Shown piece by piece: positions 46,685 to 46,685 of a DNA stretch of 46,685 nt. The stretch's first letter is position 1, and every line of letters starts with the position of its first letter. Source of the stretch: Selaginella moellendorffii (lineage: Eukaryota; Plantae; Lycopodiophyta). The DNA lies in the NCBI RefSeq assembly GCF_000143415.4, contig NW_003314473.1, positions 1-46,685 of the forward strand, written 5' to 3'. The notes beneath the pieces are model-generated. The model was not told the origin of the DNA and searched no databases. It worked only from the letters and a program-made list of their open reading frames with translations. A program made the translations under genes and the position numbers.

Positions 46685-46685
46685 C

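Noticed and set aside
1-46685. CRISPR array, tRNA/rRNA genes, or a bacterial/viral origin
   Set aside because: No repeat-spacer periodicity, cloverleaf or rRNA signature was seen. Edited respiratory-chain exons split at plant mitochondrial intron positions explain the window.

Overview
This very GC-rich, microsatellite-laden window is best explained as land-plant mitochondrial DNA of the Selaginella (spikemoss) type. The genes are cryptic at the DNA level: they read as Pro/Thr/His/Arg-rich junk until heavy C-to-U RNA editing is assumed (P->L/S/F, T->I/M, H->Y, R->W/C, ACG->AUG, CAA->UAA). Decoded that way the window holds nad4L (upstream of domain V of nad1i728g2), the last nad1 exon, atp8, nad6, nad3 (3 exons, 369 nt spliced), cox3, nad2 (5 exons, 1548 nt spliced) and a tatC/mttB running off the right edge on the minus strand. 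Seven group II introns are recognisable by their domain V. Three further edit-decodable frames are not standard housekeeping genes: (1) an 890-codon, apparently intron-free matR-like maturase 5 kb downstream of nad1; (2) a second, very divergent TatC-like frame antisense inside nad3i140g2; (3) a decayed linear-plasmid-type family B DNA polymerase frame. No tRNA, rRNA or CRISPR was recognised. All identifications come from manual motif recognition against remembered consensus sequences, not database searches. Editing is inferred, and a nuclear copy (NUMT) cannot be excluded.
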